DNA of 64,000 bases from Candidatus Omnitrophota bacterium. Its GTDB lineage: Bacteria > Omnitrophota > Gorgyraeia > Gygaellales > UBA12090. The translations under genes and the position numbers were made by a program. This document shows positions 1 through 8,652 of this stretch, one piece after another. Below the pieces are notes generated by a model. The model did not search any database. It was not told the origin of the DNA and saw nothing but the letters and a program-made list of their open reading frames with translations. The stretch covers positions 52,018-116,017 of the forward strand of contig JAUSCZ010000033.1 in the NCBI GenBank assembly GCA_030674475.1. Reading direction: 5' to 3'. Each line of letters starts with the position of its first letter. The stretch's first letter is position 1.

Positions 1-729
1 CGCTGTGTTAATCCCTGGTGTCCGGCCCAGATGGAAAAAGGGCTGACCCATTTTGCCGGCCGGAGCTGTATGGATATTGAGGGCTTGGGAGAGGCGGCAG
101 TCCGGCAGTTGATTGAAAAAGAATTGGTCCGGGATTTTGCCGATGTGTATTATTTGAAGAAAGAACAGCTTTTAACCTTAGAGCTTTTTAAAGACAAAAA
201 AGCCGATAATTTACTTTTGGCTATTGAAAAAAGCAAGACTCGCCCCTTGGGCAGGCTTATTTATGGATTGGGGATTCGCCATGTAGGTGAGAAGGCGGCT
301 TATGTCTTGGCTCAAAGGTTTAAAAGCTTAGACAAGATAGTCTTATTAAAAAAAGAAGATTTAGACGCCGTCTATGAGGTTGGGCCGGCCATATCCGGCT
401 CTCTCGCGGCTTTTTTTGCCCAGGAGCCGGTAAAAAAGTTGATTAAAAAATTAAAGGAAGCCGGGGTTAATATTAAGGAAGATGAGGAAGGATTACTGTA
501 TATGCCTTTAGCCGGCAAGACGCTTGTCTTTACCGGAGGGCTTGAGTTTTTAAGCCGCCGCCAGGCCGAAGATTTAGCGCGAAAAGCCGGGGGAAGCCCC
601 GCCTCAGCCGTAAGCAAAAATACCGATTTTCTGGTGGCCGGAAAAAATCCCGGCTCAAAATATGACCAGGCGCTTAAATTAGGGGTAAAGAGTATCAGTG
701 AAGCGGAATTTAGGGGGATGCTTGGATGA
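1..729 (+). CDS. ligA: NAD-dependent DNA ligase LigA, C-terminal part (HhH + BRCT); 5' end lies outside the window
   Basis: Reading frame is open from base 1. HhH motif (DIEGLGEAAVRQL) and a C-terminal BRCT-like segment (TLVFTGGL...DFLVAGKNPGSK) are present. Confidence 0.85.
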   Translation, partial: RCVNPWCPAQMEKGLTHFAGRSCMDIEGLGEAAVRQLIEKELVRDFADVYYLKKEQLLTLELFKDKKADNLLLAIEKSKTRPLGRLIYGLGIRHVGEKAAYVLAQRFKSLDKIVLLKKEDLDAVYEVGPAISGSLAAFFAQEPVKKLIKKLKEAGVNIKEDEEGLLYMPLAGKTLVFTGGLEFLSRRQAEDLARKAGGSPASAVSKNTDFLVAGKNPGSKYDQALKLGVKSISEAEFRGMLG

Positions 730-1238
730 AATTCAAAATTCAAAATTCAAAATTCAAAATTACCGCTCTGGTTATGGTTTTTTTAATGATAATTTCTCTC
801 ACTGGCTGCGAGGCCTTTGTGAAGAAATTTAGACGTAAGCCTAAAGAAGAAAAGATGGAAGAGCCGATAATTCAGCCGGAGAGTTATCCTGATGTTGCCT
901 TAAATAAAGATGAATTATACCGGGATTATTTTCTTTTTTGGGAGAGCTGGGCGGATGAGCTGGTATCTTTTTTAAAGGATAATGCCAATACCAAAAAACA
1001 GAAGGAATGTATCCAGCAGGCAATGGATAATCTGCTTAAGATGCAATCGCTTTTAAATGAAGAAAAGGCTGTGTCTTTGGATAAGTTTGTGATAGAGCTG
1101 ACCACGGTTAAGAATGTCTTATTCCAGAGTTATCTTAACAGCGCGGATTTCTCCTATTTAAAAAACAAGGTAGAGAGAGTCAAGGCCAAGGTGCATCGGG
1201 ATTTTGTTTTTTCTAAGATTAAAAAGGACCTAAGGTAG
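726..1238 (+). CDS. hypothetical lipoprotein (signal peptide + LTGC lipobox)
   Basis: N-terminal hydrophobic segment followed by a Cys lipobox. The start region contains an (aaattca)x4 tandem repeat. Confidence 0.5.
   Translation: MKFKIQNSKFKITALVMVFLMIISLTGCEAFVKKFRRKPKEEKMEEPIIQPESYPDVALNKDELYRDYFLFWESWADELVSFLKDNANTKKQKECIQQAMDNLLKMQSLLNEEKAVSLDKFVIELTTVKNVLFQSYLNSADFSYLKNKVERVKAKVHRDFVFSKIKKDLR
729..760. repeat. heptanucleotide tandem repeat (aaattca)x4
   Basis: Direct reading of the sequence. Confidence 0.9.
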
Positions 1239-1846
1239 TGCGCCTTGACGCTCTTTCGGTAGGAGAGCTGCAGGTGAACTGTTATATCCTCTCCAGTTCT
1301 CAAACCCGAAATGCCATTATCATTGACCCGGGAGACGATTACCCGAAGATAAAATCTTTCTTAGGACTGCATAAGCTCAACCCCAAATTTATCGTGCATA
1401 CCCACGGTCATATTGATCACATCCAGGCGGATGATGAATTCGGCCTCGCGGTCTACGCGCATACATTGGATGTGGAGCTTTTAAAAGACCCGAATAAGAA
1501 TCTCTCTAATTTCTTAAGCTTTCCCTTTAAGGTGAATTCTCCGGTTAAGCCTTTAGAGGACGGCGAGAACATTACCCTGGATGACATATCCTTGGAGGTG
1601 ATGCATACCCCGGGGCATACCCCCGGAGGGATATGCCTAAGAGCCGGGAATGTTGTCTTTACCGGTGATACCCTGTTTGCCGGAAGCGTCGGCAGGACTG
1701 ATTTTCCCGGGGCCTCAGGCAAGCAGTTGATTAAATCAATCAAAGATAGATTATTGACTCTTCCGGATGAGACCCTGGTGTATCCCGGCCACGGCCCTTC
1801 CTCAAGCATAGGAGAAGAAAAAAGGGATAATCCTTTTTTAAAATAA
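1238..1846 (+). CDS. MBL-fold metallo-hydrolase (glyoxalase II-like)
   Basis: HTHGHIDH metal-binding motif; ~200 aa. Confidence 0.8.
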   Translation: MRLDALSVGELQVNCYILSSSQTRNAIIIDPGDDYPKIKSFLGLHKLNPKFIVHTHGHIDHIQADDEFGLAVYAHTLDVELLKDPNKNLSNFLSFPFKVNSPVKPLEDGENITLDDISLEVMHTPGHTPGGICLRAGNVVFTGDTLFAGSVGRTDFPGASGKQLIKSIKDRLLTLPDETLVYPGHGPSSSIGEEKRDNPFLK

Positions 1847-1849
1847 CAC

Positions 1850-2740
1850 ATGCAAGAATTAGTTGAGAATTTTCTTAATTATCTTTCGGTGGAGAGGTCT
1901 TTAAGCAAGAACACCATACTCTCTTACCGTCGGGATTTAGAGAAATACATACACTACCTTAAGAATTCTAATATAAATTCTTTATCCCAGACTGCCCGAA
2001 AAAATATCAGCGATTTTATGTTTGGCCTTAAAGACGGAGGCTTATCCGCGGTATCCATTGCCCGGAATCTGGTAGCCATTAAGGTGTTGTATCGTTTCTT
2101 GGTGCGCGAGAGAATCTTGACCACGGATCCTTCCAGCCTTTTAGATTCGCCGAAATTATGGAAGAAGATACCCGACGTTCTCTCAGGACTTGAGGTAGAA
2201 GCTTTGCTTGAGGTCCCTGATCTTAAGACTGCGCGAGGCCTGAGGGATAAGGCGATTCTGGAACTGATGTATGCCACGGGACTGCGGGTTTCCGAAGCGG
2301 TTAATCTTAAGACGCAGGATGTAAACTTTGATGTGGGTTTTCTGCGTTGTATAGGTAAAGGCTCCAAGGAAAGGATAGTGCCTTTAGGAAAAGAGTCTAT
2401 TCAGGCTATAAAAAAGTATTTAGCGCAGGCGCGGCCAAAATTAGCCCGGGGCACAGGCGGGGATTCATTTTTATTTCTCAGCCGTTTGGGCAAAAAGATA
2501 TCCCGGCAGTCTTTCTGGAAATTGGTAAAGCATTATGCCGAAAGCGCCCGGATAAAAAAGAATATCCGGCCGCATACTCTTCGTCATTCCTTTGCTACCC
2601 ATCTTTTAGAAAGAGGGGCGGATTTAAGGAGCGTGCAGGAGATGCTTGGCCACGCCGATATCTCCACTACCCAGATTTATACTCACATTGATAAGAACCG
2701 GCTCAAGATGATCCATAAAAATTTTCATCCCCGCCCATAA
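1850..2740 (+). CDS. xerD: tyrosine recombinase XerD/XerC family
   Basis: Conserved R..HxxR..Y catalytic region (LRHSFATHLLERGADLRSVQEMLGHADISTTQIYTH). Confidence 0.85.
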   Translation: MQELVENFLNYLSVERSLSKNTILSYRRDLEKYIHYLKNSNINSLSQTARKNISDFMFGLKDGGLSAVSIARNLVAIKVLYRFLVRERILTTDPSSLLDSPKLWKKIPDVLSGLEVEALLEVPDLKTARGLRDKAILELMYATGLRVSEAVNLKTQDVNFDVGFLRCIGKGSKERIVPLGKESIQAIKKYLAQARPKLARGTGGDSFLFLSRLGKKISRQSFWKLVKHYAESARIKKNIRPHTLRHSFATHLLERGADLRSVQEMLGHADISTTQIYTHIDKNRLKMIHKNFHPRP

Positions 2741-2742
2741 TT

Positions 2743-4077
2743 ATGGAAAATTTAGCCGATAAGCTTAACCGGGAACCACCGGAGGTCCTGCGGAGCCTAA
2801 AACTTATAAGCGCTATTGCCGGAGAACTTGGTTATCCGGTGTATGCCGTGGGAGGTTTTGTGCGGGATATTATCCTGGGGGTTGAGGATTTTGACTTAGA
2901 TATAGTGGTGGAAGGAGACGGGATAAATTTCACTCGGGAGTTAAGCCGTAAGTTGAATGTTGGTTGGACCGCGCATATGAGGTTTAAAACGGCAACGATA
3001 CATATTCCCGGCGAAGTGAAAATAAAATTAGATGTAGCCACGGCCAGGCAAGAGATTTATGATTCACCCGCCGCGCTTCCTAAAGTGAATTTTGGGAGCA
3101 TAAAAGATGATTTGAAAAGGCGGGACTTCACTATCAATGCCATGGCAATTGATATATCCCAGGATAGTTTTGGCGGGCTGGTAGATTTTTTTGACGGTAG
3201 AAAAGACCTGCGCGATAAAGTCCTCAGGGTCATGCACGATTTAAGCTTTATTGATGACCCCACCCGGATATTAAGGGCGGTGCGCTTTGAACAGAGGTTC
3301 GGCTTTTACATTGAGCCGCGCACCTTAAAACTGCTCAAGGAATCGCTTGCCCAAGGAATGTTAGAGAGGGTGCATAATCATCGCCTGCGCGATGAACTTA
3401 TCTTAATTCTTAAGGAACCGGATCCGGTTAAATCCTTAAAGCGGATACACGCATTGCGCGGTTTTAAATTTATCCATCCGGGTTTAGCCGTTGATGAAAA
3501 AACCTTCGCTTTATTAAAGCGGATAAATAAGCTTTACCAGTGGTTCGCCCAGAATTTTGTCCATAAGCATAAACATAAGGTTGAAAGTTGGCTTCTTTAT
3601 CTTATTGTTTTACTTGAAAATCTAAGCATAGTAAAGCTTAAGAGAACCTTGCAGAGCTTCGCCTTTCATAAAAAAGATATTCAGAAAGTTATTTCTTTTA
3701 AGAAAGATGCCGCTAAAGTTATAGCTAAGTTAAAAAAGGAAATTCCAATCAGCGGTATCCATAAAATTCTTTTCCCCTTAAGTTATGAAGTCGTCTTGCT
3801 GATGCTTTTAAGGTCCGGGGATGGCCGGGTTAAGAGAAAGATTCAGGATTTCTTACGCGTTTACAGCGGTATTCAAATCCATCTGCGGGGAGATGAGCTT
3901 AAGGAATTAGGCGTCCGGCCGGGCCCGGATTTTAAATTGATTTTGAAGGAGCTTCTGGACGCCAAATTAGACGGAAAATTCAGCACCAGGGAAGAGGAAT
4001 TATTATACTTAAAGAATGAGATTCTTTCCGACAGTGCCGCAATCCCGATTTTTAGCCGGGAAAGCAAAAAACCGTAA
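2743..4077 (+). CDS. CCA-adding enzyme / poly(A) polymerase family class II nucleotidyltransferase
   Basis: GGFVRDIILG...DFDLD nucleotidyltransferase motif; RRDFTINAMA motif. Confidence 0.75.
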   Translation: MENLADKLNREPPEVLRSLKLISAIAGELGYPVYAVGGFVRDIILGVEDFDLDIVVEGDGINFTRELSRKLNVGWTAHMRFKTATIHIPGEVKIKLDVATARQEIYDSPAALPKVNFGSIKDDLKRRDFTINAMAIDISQDSFGGLVDFFDGRKDLRDKVLRVMHDLSFIDDPTRILRAVRFEQRFGFYIEPRTLKLLKESLAQGMLERVHNHRLRDELILILKEPDPVKSLKRIHALRGFKFIHPGLAVDEKTFALLKRINKLYQWFAQNFVHKHKHKVESWLLYLIVLLENLSIVKLKRTLQSFAFHKKDIQKVISFKKDAAKVIAKLKKEIPISGIHKILFPLSYEVVLLMLLRSGDGRVKRKIQDFLRVYSGIQIHLRGDELKELGVRPGPDFKLILKELLDAKLDGKFSTREEELLYLKNEILSDSAAIPIFSRESKKP

Positions 4078-4128
4078 AAATTCGAAAAATATTACCATTT
4101 TTTTAACTTTTATGATATACTTTCTCCT

Positions 4129-4506
4129 ATGGCTAAGAAGATATTGATAGCGGATGATGATCCCGCGGTTTCCCAGACCTTAAAAACAGCTTTGGAAAGA
4201 AGCGGTTATGAGGCTGACATAGCCGCCAACGGCGAGGAATGTCTGCAGAAGGTTTTGATAAATAAGCCGGATTTACTGTTATTGGATATTATGATGCCGC
4301 GGATGGACGGATTTTCTTTTTTGGTGGCCATCAAAGAGTTAAGGGCTTTAACCGGGAGCGCGCCCCAGATGCCGGTGATGGTGATTACCGGCAAAGATAA
4401 TGAAGTAAACCGGAGCTTGATGACCCATGAGGATATTAAGGATTACATCTTAAAGCCGTTTGATCTGAAAGAGCTTTTAAGCAAGATTAAGAAAACCTTA
4501 GAGTGA
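4129..4506 (+). CDS. single-domain response regulator (CheY-like receiver)
   Basis: DDD...LLLLDIMMP...K receiver signature; 125 aa. Confidence 0.8.
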   Translation: MAKKILIADDDPAVSQTLKTALERSGYEADIAANGEECLQKVLINKPDLLLLDIMMPRMDGFSFLVAIKELRALTGSAPQMPVMVITGKDNEVNRSLMTHEDIKDYILKPFDLKELLSKIKKTLE

Positions 4507-4542
4507 TTGCCGGTCTGAGAATAATTTTTGCCTGTTCCCCTT

Positions 4543-4572
4543 GACAAATTAAAATTTTGTGTTATACTTTAA
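4543..4572 (+). promoter_or_regulatory. sigma70-like promoter (TTGACA, 16 bp spacer, extended -10 TGtTATACT)
   Basis: Near-consensus hexamers read directly from the sequence. Confidence 0.55.
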
Positions 4573-4674
4573 TTAGAAATTTGCACTTTGACAATTAAAC
4601 AAGAAATACCATTTGTCCCGCAGAAAAGCGGGATCCCGCTAAAGTGTTAAAATACCAAAGCGGGAAAAAAGGCA

Positions 4675-4760
4675 AATTATCCGCAAGGATAAGACGCAAA
4701 GCTTCCGGTCCCTCGATGCTAAAGTAAGGGATAGCGGAGCTACCAAAGGGTGAAAGCACT
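4675..4760 (+). promoter_or_regulatory. candidate c-di-GMP-I (GEMM) riboswitch aptamer
   Basis: GCAAGG...GACGCAAAGCttCCGGtCC...AGCGGaGcUACC matches the GEMM hallmarks (GACGCAAAGC, GG.C, AGC.GGG.UACC) recalled from the Vc2 aptamer. Sits between a promoter and a terminator. Confidence 0.5.
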
Positions 4761-4765
4761 AATTA

Positions 4766-4799
4766 ACCCTAAAAAATAAGCCTTTAGGGTTTTTTATTG
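4766..4799 (+). terminator. rho-independent terminator (ccctaaa / tttaggg stem + T-run); likely expression platform of the riboswitch
   Basis: 7 bp GC-containing stem followed by TTTTTTATT. Confidence 0.6.
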
Positions 4800-5007
4800 C
4801 CGTTTAAAGAAGAAGATTTCAAAGCCCTTACGGAAAGTTTGCCTTGTGATTCGGTAACTTTAAGTCTGTAAGGGCTTTTTGTTTGAATCTAACCTACCAG
4901 CCACGGTAAGTTTTTTCAATATAGTTATCGCTAATTGGAGAGGAAAGTCTATTCCCCTGGATAAAGCGGTAATTATATTGAAAAGGGGTTAGCCCCGGGA
5001 GGAGAAA

Positions 5008-5286
5008 ATGAAAAAAGATGTAAGTACTCATAGGGTGGTAACCTTTTTGACCAGGGAAGAGCTGGAATTTTTGGATAAACTGGAGAAAGATATGATGTTT
5101 TCTACCGGCAGGCATCTCTCGCGCTCCCAGATTCTTCAGGATATGGCTGAGCTTTTGTCTAAGACCACGATGAACGCGATAGGGATAAAGAGTGATGATG
5201 AGCTCAAAAAGAAAATACAGGAAGCCATATCCAAAATGAACCAACAGGATAAAGAAAAAAATCCCCAGGATAAAAGTGAGGTGTAG
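5008..5286 (+). CDS. small hypothetical protein, possible ribbon-helix-helix DNA-binding protein
   Basis: GGGAGGAG RBS. N-terminus VVTFLTREELEFLDKL resembles the RHH beta-strand/helix. Confidence 0.45.
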   Translation: MKKDVSTHRVVTFLTREELEFLDKLEKDMMFSTGRHLSRSQILQDMAELLSKTTMNAIGIKSDDELKKKIQEAISKMNQQDKEKNPQDKSEV

Positions 5287-5287
5287 A

Positions 5288-5482
5288 ATGAATATCTATC
5301 CGAATAATTTAAAACTGCGGGAACTCTTTACCAAGGGCGGGGTGTTGCTTTTTAATATTTATCGGCCCGAAGCTGTCTATAAAGGCGAGATAACATTATT
5401 ACCCGTGGTGGATTGTTTTCAGAAGCGGGTTGTGCATATAAGGGAATATCTGTATAAGGAAAATGATGGAGAGGAGGAGTAA
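5288..5482 (+). CDS. small hypothetical protein (64 aa from the internal ATG)
   Basis: ORF with GTGAGGTG upstream; no recognisable domain. Confidence 0.3.
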   Translation: MNIYPNNLKLRELFTKGGVLLFNIYRPEAVYKGEITLLPVVDCFQKRVVHIREYLYKENDGEEE

Positions 5483-5484
5483 AG

Positions 5485-6519
5485 ATGAAGTCAAGCAAAT
5501 TATTTTTATTGGTGGGTGTCTTAGACTTGTGTTTTCTGATTGGAGTGCTTCCAAGATTGCAGGCCCAGGAAGAAGCGGCATCTCAGGTTGAGCCTTCCGC
5601 GAGCGCGCCAGAAGTGTCCGGCTCAGGCACCTGGAAGCAGGAGCTTATTTCTGACCGGCAGGCTCTTAAAGAACAGCATCAGTCAATAGCGGAAAATGCT
5701 CAAGCCGCCAAGCAGGAGGAGCAGCAGTTAAAGGATCAGATTCATCAGGCGGTACAGTCAGGCGATTATGAAACAGCCAGGAGCCTGAAAGATCAGTTTA
5801 AAGAAACCCATCAGGAAAACATTGAACAGATACATGGCGATATTCAGGCGTTTCAGGAATCAAGGCAGGAGTTTAAAAGTGATTTGCAGAGCGCCCGCCA
5901 GGAAAAGAGGGATTACCAATCACAGGGAGAGGGGGAAACATCAGGTTTTAATCCTCCCGGAGTTGGCCCGAATAATCCCCCGGGCAGAGATTTGCCGCCA
6001 GGACTAAGAGATAAAGCGGAAAACAAGTTTGATCGCCGGGAAGACTTGCGAGACAGACGTGAAGATGTCTGGGATAAGAAGGAAGATGCCCGGGATAAGA
6101 GAGAAGATATCCAGGATAAGAGAGAGGATATCTATGACCGCAGGCACGATGGCGGATTTTTAGACAAGTTAGAGGATAAGGCCGATAGGGCTGAAGATAA
6201 ATTTGACCGCAAGGAGGATGTCCGCGATAAAGCTGAAAACAAGTTTGATCGCCGGGAAGATAGGCGGGATAGGCGTGAGGATGTCCGGGATAGAAAAGAA
6301 AATTTGGGAGATAAAGTCCGGGCGCATCAAGACCGCGGCGTCCGAGATCACGGCGCGGGTGTCGGAGCTGGCAGGGGGCAAGGTGGTGAGCATAGGGCGG
6401 ATGCCTCAATGCATAGGGAAAATAAACCCGCGCGTGCCGGAGGCGGCGAACATAGAGGTGGCGGCGCTCCAGCGCGTGCCGGCGGAGGTGGTCATGGAGG
6501 CGGAGGCGGCCATCATTGA
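5485..6519 (+). CDS. secreted low-complexity protein with R/D/E/K-rich repeats and a Gly/His-rich C-terminus
   Basis: Signal peptide; duplicated DKxENKFDRREDxRDRREDV blocks (nt 6001-6060 vs 6226-6300); GGGGHGGGGGHH tail. Confidence 0.6.
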   Translation: MKSSKLFLLVGVLDLCFLIGVLPRLQAQEEAASQVEPSASAPEVSGSGTWKQELISDRQALKEQHQSIAENAQAAKQEEQQLKDQIHQAVQSGDYETARSLKDQFKETHQENIEQIHGDIQAFQESRQEFKSDLQSARQEKRDYQSQGEGETSGFNPPGVGPNNPPGRDLPPGLRDKAENKFDRREDLRDRREDVWDKKEDARDKREDIQDKREDIYDRRHDGGFLDKLEDKADRAEDKFDRKEDVRDKAENKFDRREDRRDRREDVRDRKENLGDKVRAHQDRGVRDHGAGVGAGRGQGGEHRADASMHRENKPARAGGGEHRGGGAPARAGGGGHGGGGGHH

Positions 6520-6663
6520 GGAGGTTCAAGGCGTTGATTCTTTGGATAAGGTAAAGGCTTAAAGATGAATAGAGAGGCTGTTATCTGAAAATGGTATCAG
6601 CCTCTTTTGTTTGTGGATTTTGCTATTGCAAAATCCAGGTTTATGCGTTAATATGATGGTTAT

Positions 6664-7665
6664 ATGCGTGCTATAAATAAAATCACAATCTTAGGTGATG
6701 GCGGATGGGGGACGACCTTAGCTATACTCTTGGCTAGGAAGGGCTATAAAATAACCCTCTGGGGGGCGTTTAAAGATAATATAGCTGAAGTCAATAAGAC
6801 GCGGATTAATCAAAAATTCCTTCCCGGCATTAGATTGCCTTCCTCAATTGTTCTTACCTCTGATTTGGTTTTGGCCCTTAAAGCCGCGGATTTAATCGTC
6901 TTGGCCATTCCTTCCCAGTTTATCCGTCAGGTATTAAAACGGGTTAAGGAATTAGATGTTAGTTTTATTCCTTTCTTAAGCGTGGTAAAGGGCATTGAAA
7001 CTGAGACCCAGATGCGCGTTTCGGAAATAATTTACCAGGAGTTGGGAAAAAACCTAAGGTTGGCGGTGCTTTCCGGGCCGACCATTGCCTTAGAGGTGGC
7101 TAAAGAGGTGCCCACCACCGCGGTGATCAGCTCATCTGATGAAAAATTAGCCAAGTCATTACAGCGCGTTTTTATGACCCGTAGATTCCGGGTTTATACT
7201 AATCCGGATGTGGTTGGCGTGGAATTGGGCGGGAGCCTTAAGAATGTTATTGCCATAGCCTGCGGGATTTCCGATGGATTAGGCTTTGGCGCTAATACCA
7301 AGGCCGCGCTTTTGGCCCGGGGCCTGGCGGAAATCAGCCGGATGGGGATAGCGGCAGGCGCGAAAAAAGAAACCTTCAGCGGCATAACCGGCTTGGGTGA
7401 TTTAGTTACCACTTGTATCAGTCAGCATAGCCGCAACCGTTCAGTGGGCGAGCAGATCGGAAAGGGCGGGAAATTAAAGAATATCTTATCGCGCATGAAT
7501 ATGGTGGCGGAAGGCGTGGCCACTGCTAAGGCGGCGTACCTCTTAGGAAAGAAATACCGTGTCTCCATGCCGATTACTAATGAGGTCTATTCCGTGCTTT
7601 ACAAAAACAAAGACCCCTTTAGGGCGGTCAATGACCTGATGACCCGGCAGAGAAAAGAAGAATAG
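6664..7665 (+). CDS. gpsA: NAD(P)H-dependent glycerol-3-phosphate dehydrogenase
   Basis: ITILGDGGWGTTLA Rossmann motif; length and overall match to GpsA. Confidence 0.9.
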   Translation: MRAINKITILGDGGWGTTLAILLARKGYKITLWGAFKDNIAEVNKTRINQKFLPGIRLPSSIVLTSDLVLALKAADLIVLAIPSQFIRQVLKRVKELDVSFIPFLSVVKGIETETQMRVSEIIYQELGKNLRLAVLSGPTIALEVAKEVPTTAVISSSDEKLAKSLQRVFMTRRFRVYTNPDVVGVELGGSLKNVIAIACGISDGLGFGANTKAALLARGLAEISRMGIAAGAKKETFSGITGLGDLVTTCISQHSRNRSVGEQIGKGGKLKNILSRMNMVAEGVATAKAAYLLGKKYRVSMPITNEVYSVLYKNKDPFRAVNDLMTRQRKEE

Positions 7666-7861
7666 CTTCTTAATCCGCGGTTTTGTTGGTATATCTAATT
7701 ATTCAACTCACAAATCAGCCCTGGGTAGTGCTATTGATAAAACTTTCCTTTACAGCCTTGGAAAAGGCAGGTATAATCAAATGTTATTATGGAGATTTTA
7801 TCTGCTTAAAGTAATTATTATGCCGCGTGTGATTTCCGCGGCAAGAAGTGAAAATTTATAC

Positions 7862-7936
7862 CGGGGCGTGGCTCAGTTTGGCTAGAGCACTTGAATGGGG
7901 TTCAAGAGGTCACAGGTTCAAGTCCTGTCGCCCCGA
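7862..7936 (+). tRNA. tRNA-Pro (anticodon GGG)
   Basis: Manual cloverleaf: acceptor CGGGGCG/CGCCCCG, D-arm GCTC..GAGC, anticodon stem CTTGA/TCAAG with loop ATGGGGT, T-arm ACAGG TTCAAGT CCTGT, discriminator A. Confidence 0.85.
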
Positions 7937-8020
7937 CTAAAATATTATCACGCGAAGGACTTGAACAAAAGAGGAGTTTGAGGGGAAAAGATGATTTTCC
8001 CCTCAAGAGACGCTTCTTTG
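7916..8020 (+). repeat. direct repeat copy 1 (tRNA-Pro 3' 21 nt + 84 nt downstream)
   Basis: Identical, with one mismatch, to 8103-8207. Confidence 0.9.
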
Positions 8021-8102
8021 ATAAAGCTGCGGGGGTGACAGCGAAGCCCTGATGACACATCGGGGCTGAGCGTCAGAGGGGGCGGGGAGCCCCCTATGAA
8101 AA

Positions 8103-8207
8103 GTTCAAGTCCTGTCGCCCCGACTAAAATATTATCACGCGAAGGACTTGAACAAAAGAGGAGTTTGAGGGGAAAAGATGATTTTCCCCTCAAGAAACGC
8201 TTCTTTG
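8103..8207 (+). repeat. direct repeat copy 2 (duplicate tRNA-Pro 3' end + downstream hairpin)
   Basis: ttcaagtcctgtcgccccgact... repeated 187 bp downstream of copy 1. Confidence 0.9.
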
Positions 8208-8246
8208 CGCCATCAATCATCAACTAAAACTGACGGAGGTGAAATT

Positions 8247-8603
8247 ATGGTTTACGCCGGATCTGAAAGAAGAAAACAGCCACGGGTGGCGGGAAAGTTT
8301 GTGGTGTCTTACCGGATCAAGGCCGAGGTGGACAACTATGACATTTCCCAAACTCGTAACTTAAGCCTGGGAGGAATGATGTTGACTACCAATCGGGAAT
8401 TTACTTTAGGGACGGTTTTGGCTATTGATATACGACTTCCCTTTTTCATTGACGCCATAAATCTAACCGGAAGGGTTATTGATTCAAAAGAGGTGGTCAA
8501 GGATTTGATTTATGATACCAGGATTCAGTTTTTAGAGATTGATTCCAAGTCCGCGGGCATAGTTAATGATACGGTGGGATATTATTTAAAGACCCAGAAA
8601 TAA
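8247..8603 (+). CDS. PilZ-domain protein (c-di-GMP binding)
   Basis: RRKQPR and NLSLGGMML motifs (RxxxR ... D/NxSxxG). Start placed at the internal ATG, because the upstream part of the ORF lies in the duplicated sequence. Confidence 0.7.
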   Translation: MVYAGSERRKQPRVAGKFVVSYRIKAEVDNYDISQTRNLSLGGMMLTTNREFTLGTVLAIDIRLPFFIDAINLTGRVIDSKEVVKDLIYDTRIQFLEIDSKSAGIVNDTVGYYLKTQK

Positions 8604-8652
8604 GCTTAAAAGAGAATTAATATAATGGCTCCCGGCGCGTGGGGAGCTATTT

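Noticed and set aside
372-743. 123-aa minus-strand ORF in ligA
   Set aside because: Antisense shadow ORF of the LigA BRCT/HhH region.
5948-6562. Minus-strand 193-aa ORF and + strand 119-aa ORF overlapping the charged-repeat gene
   Set aside because: They are shadow ORFs caused by the GC-rich repetitive coding sequence. They have no RBS and a Pro/Arg/Leu-rich composition typical of antisense frames.
7916-8207. Possible CRISPR array near the tRNA (direct repeats)
   Set aside because: Only two copies of a ~105 bp repeat containing the tRNA 3' end. There are no short regularly spaced repeats or spacers and no cas genes. It fits an att-site duplication better.
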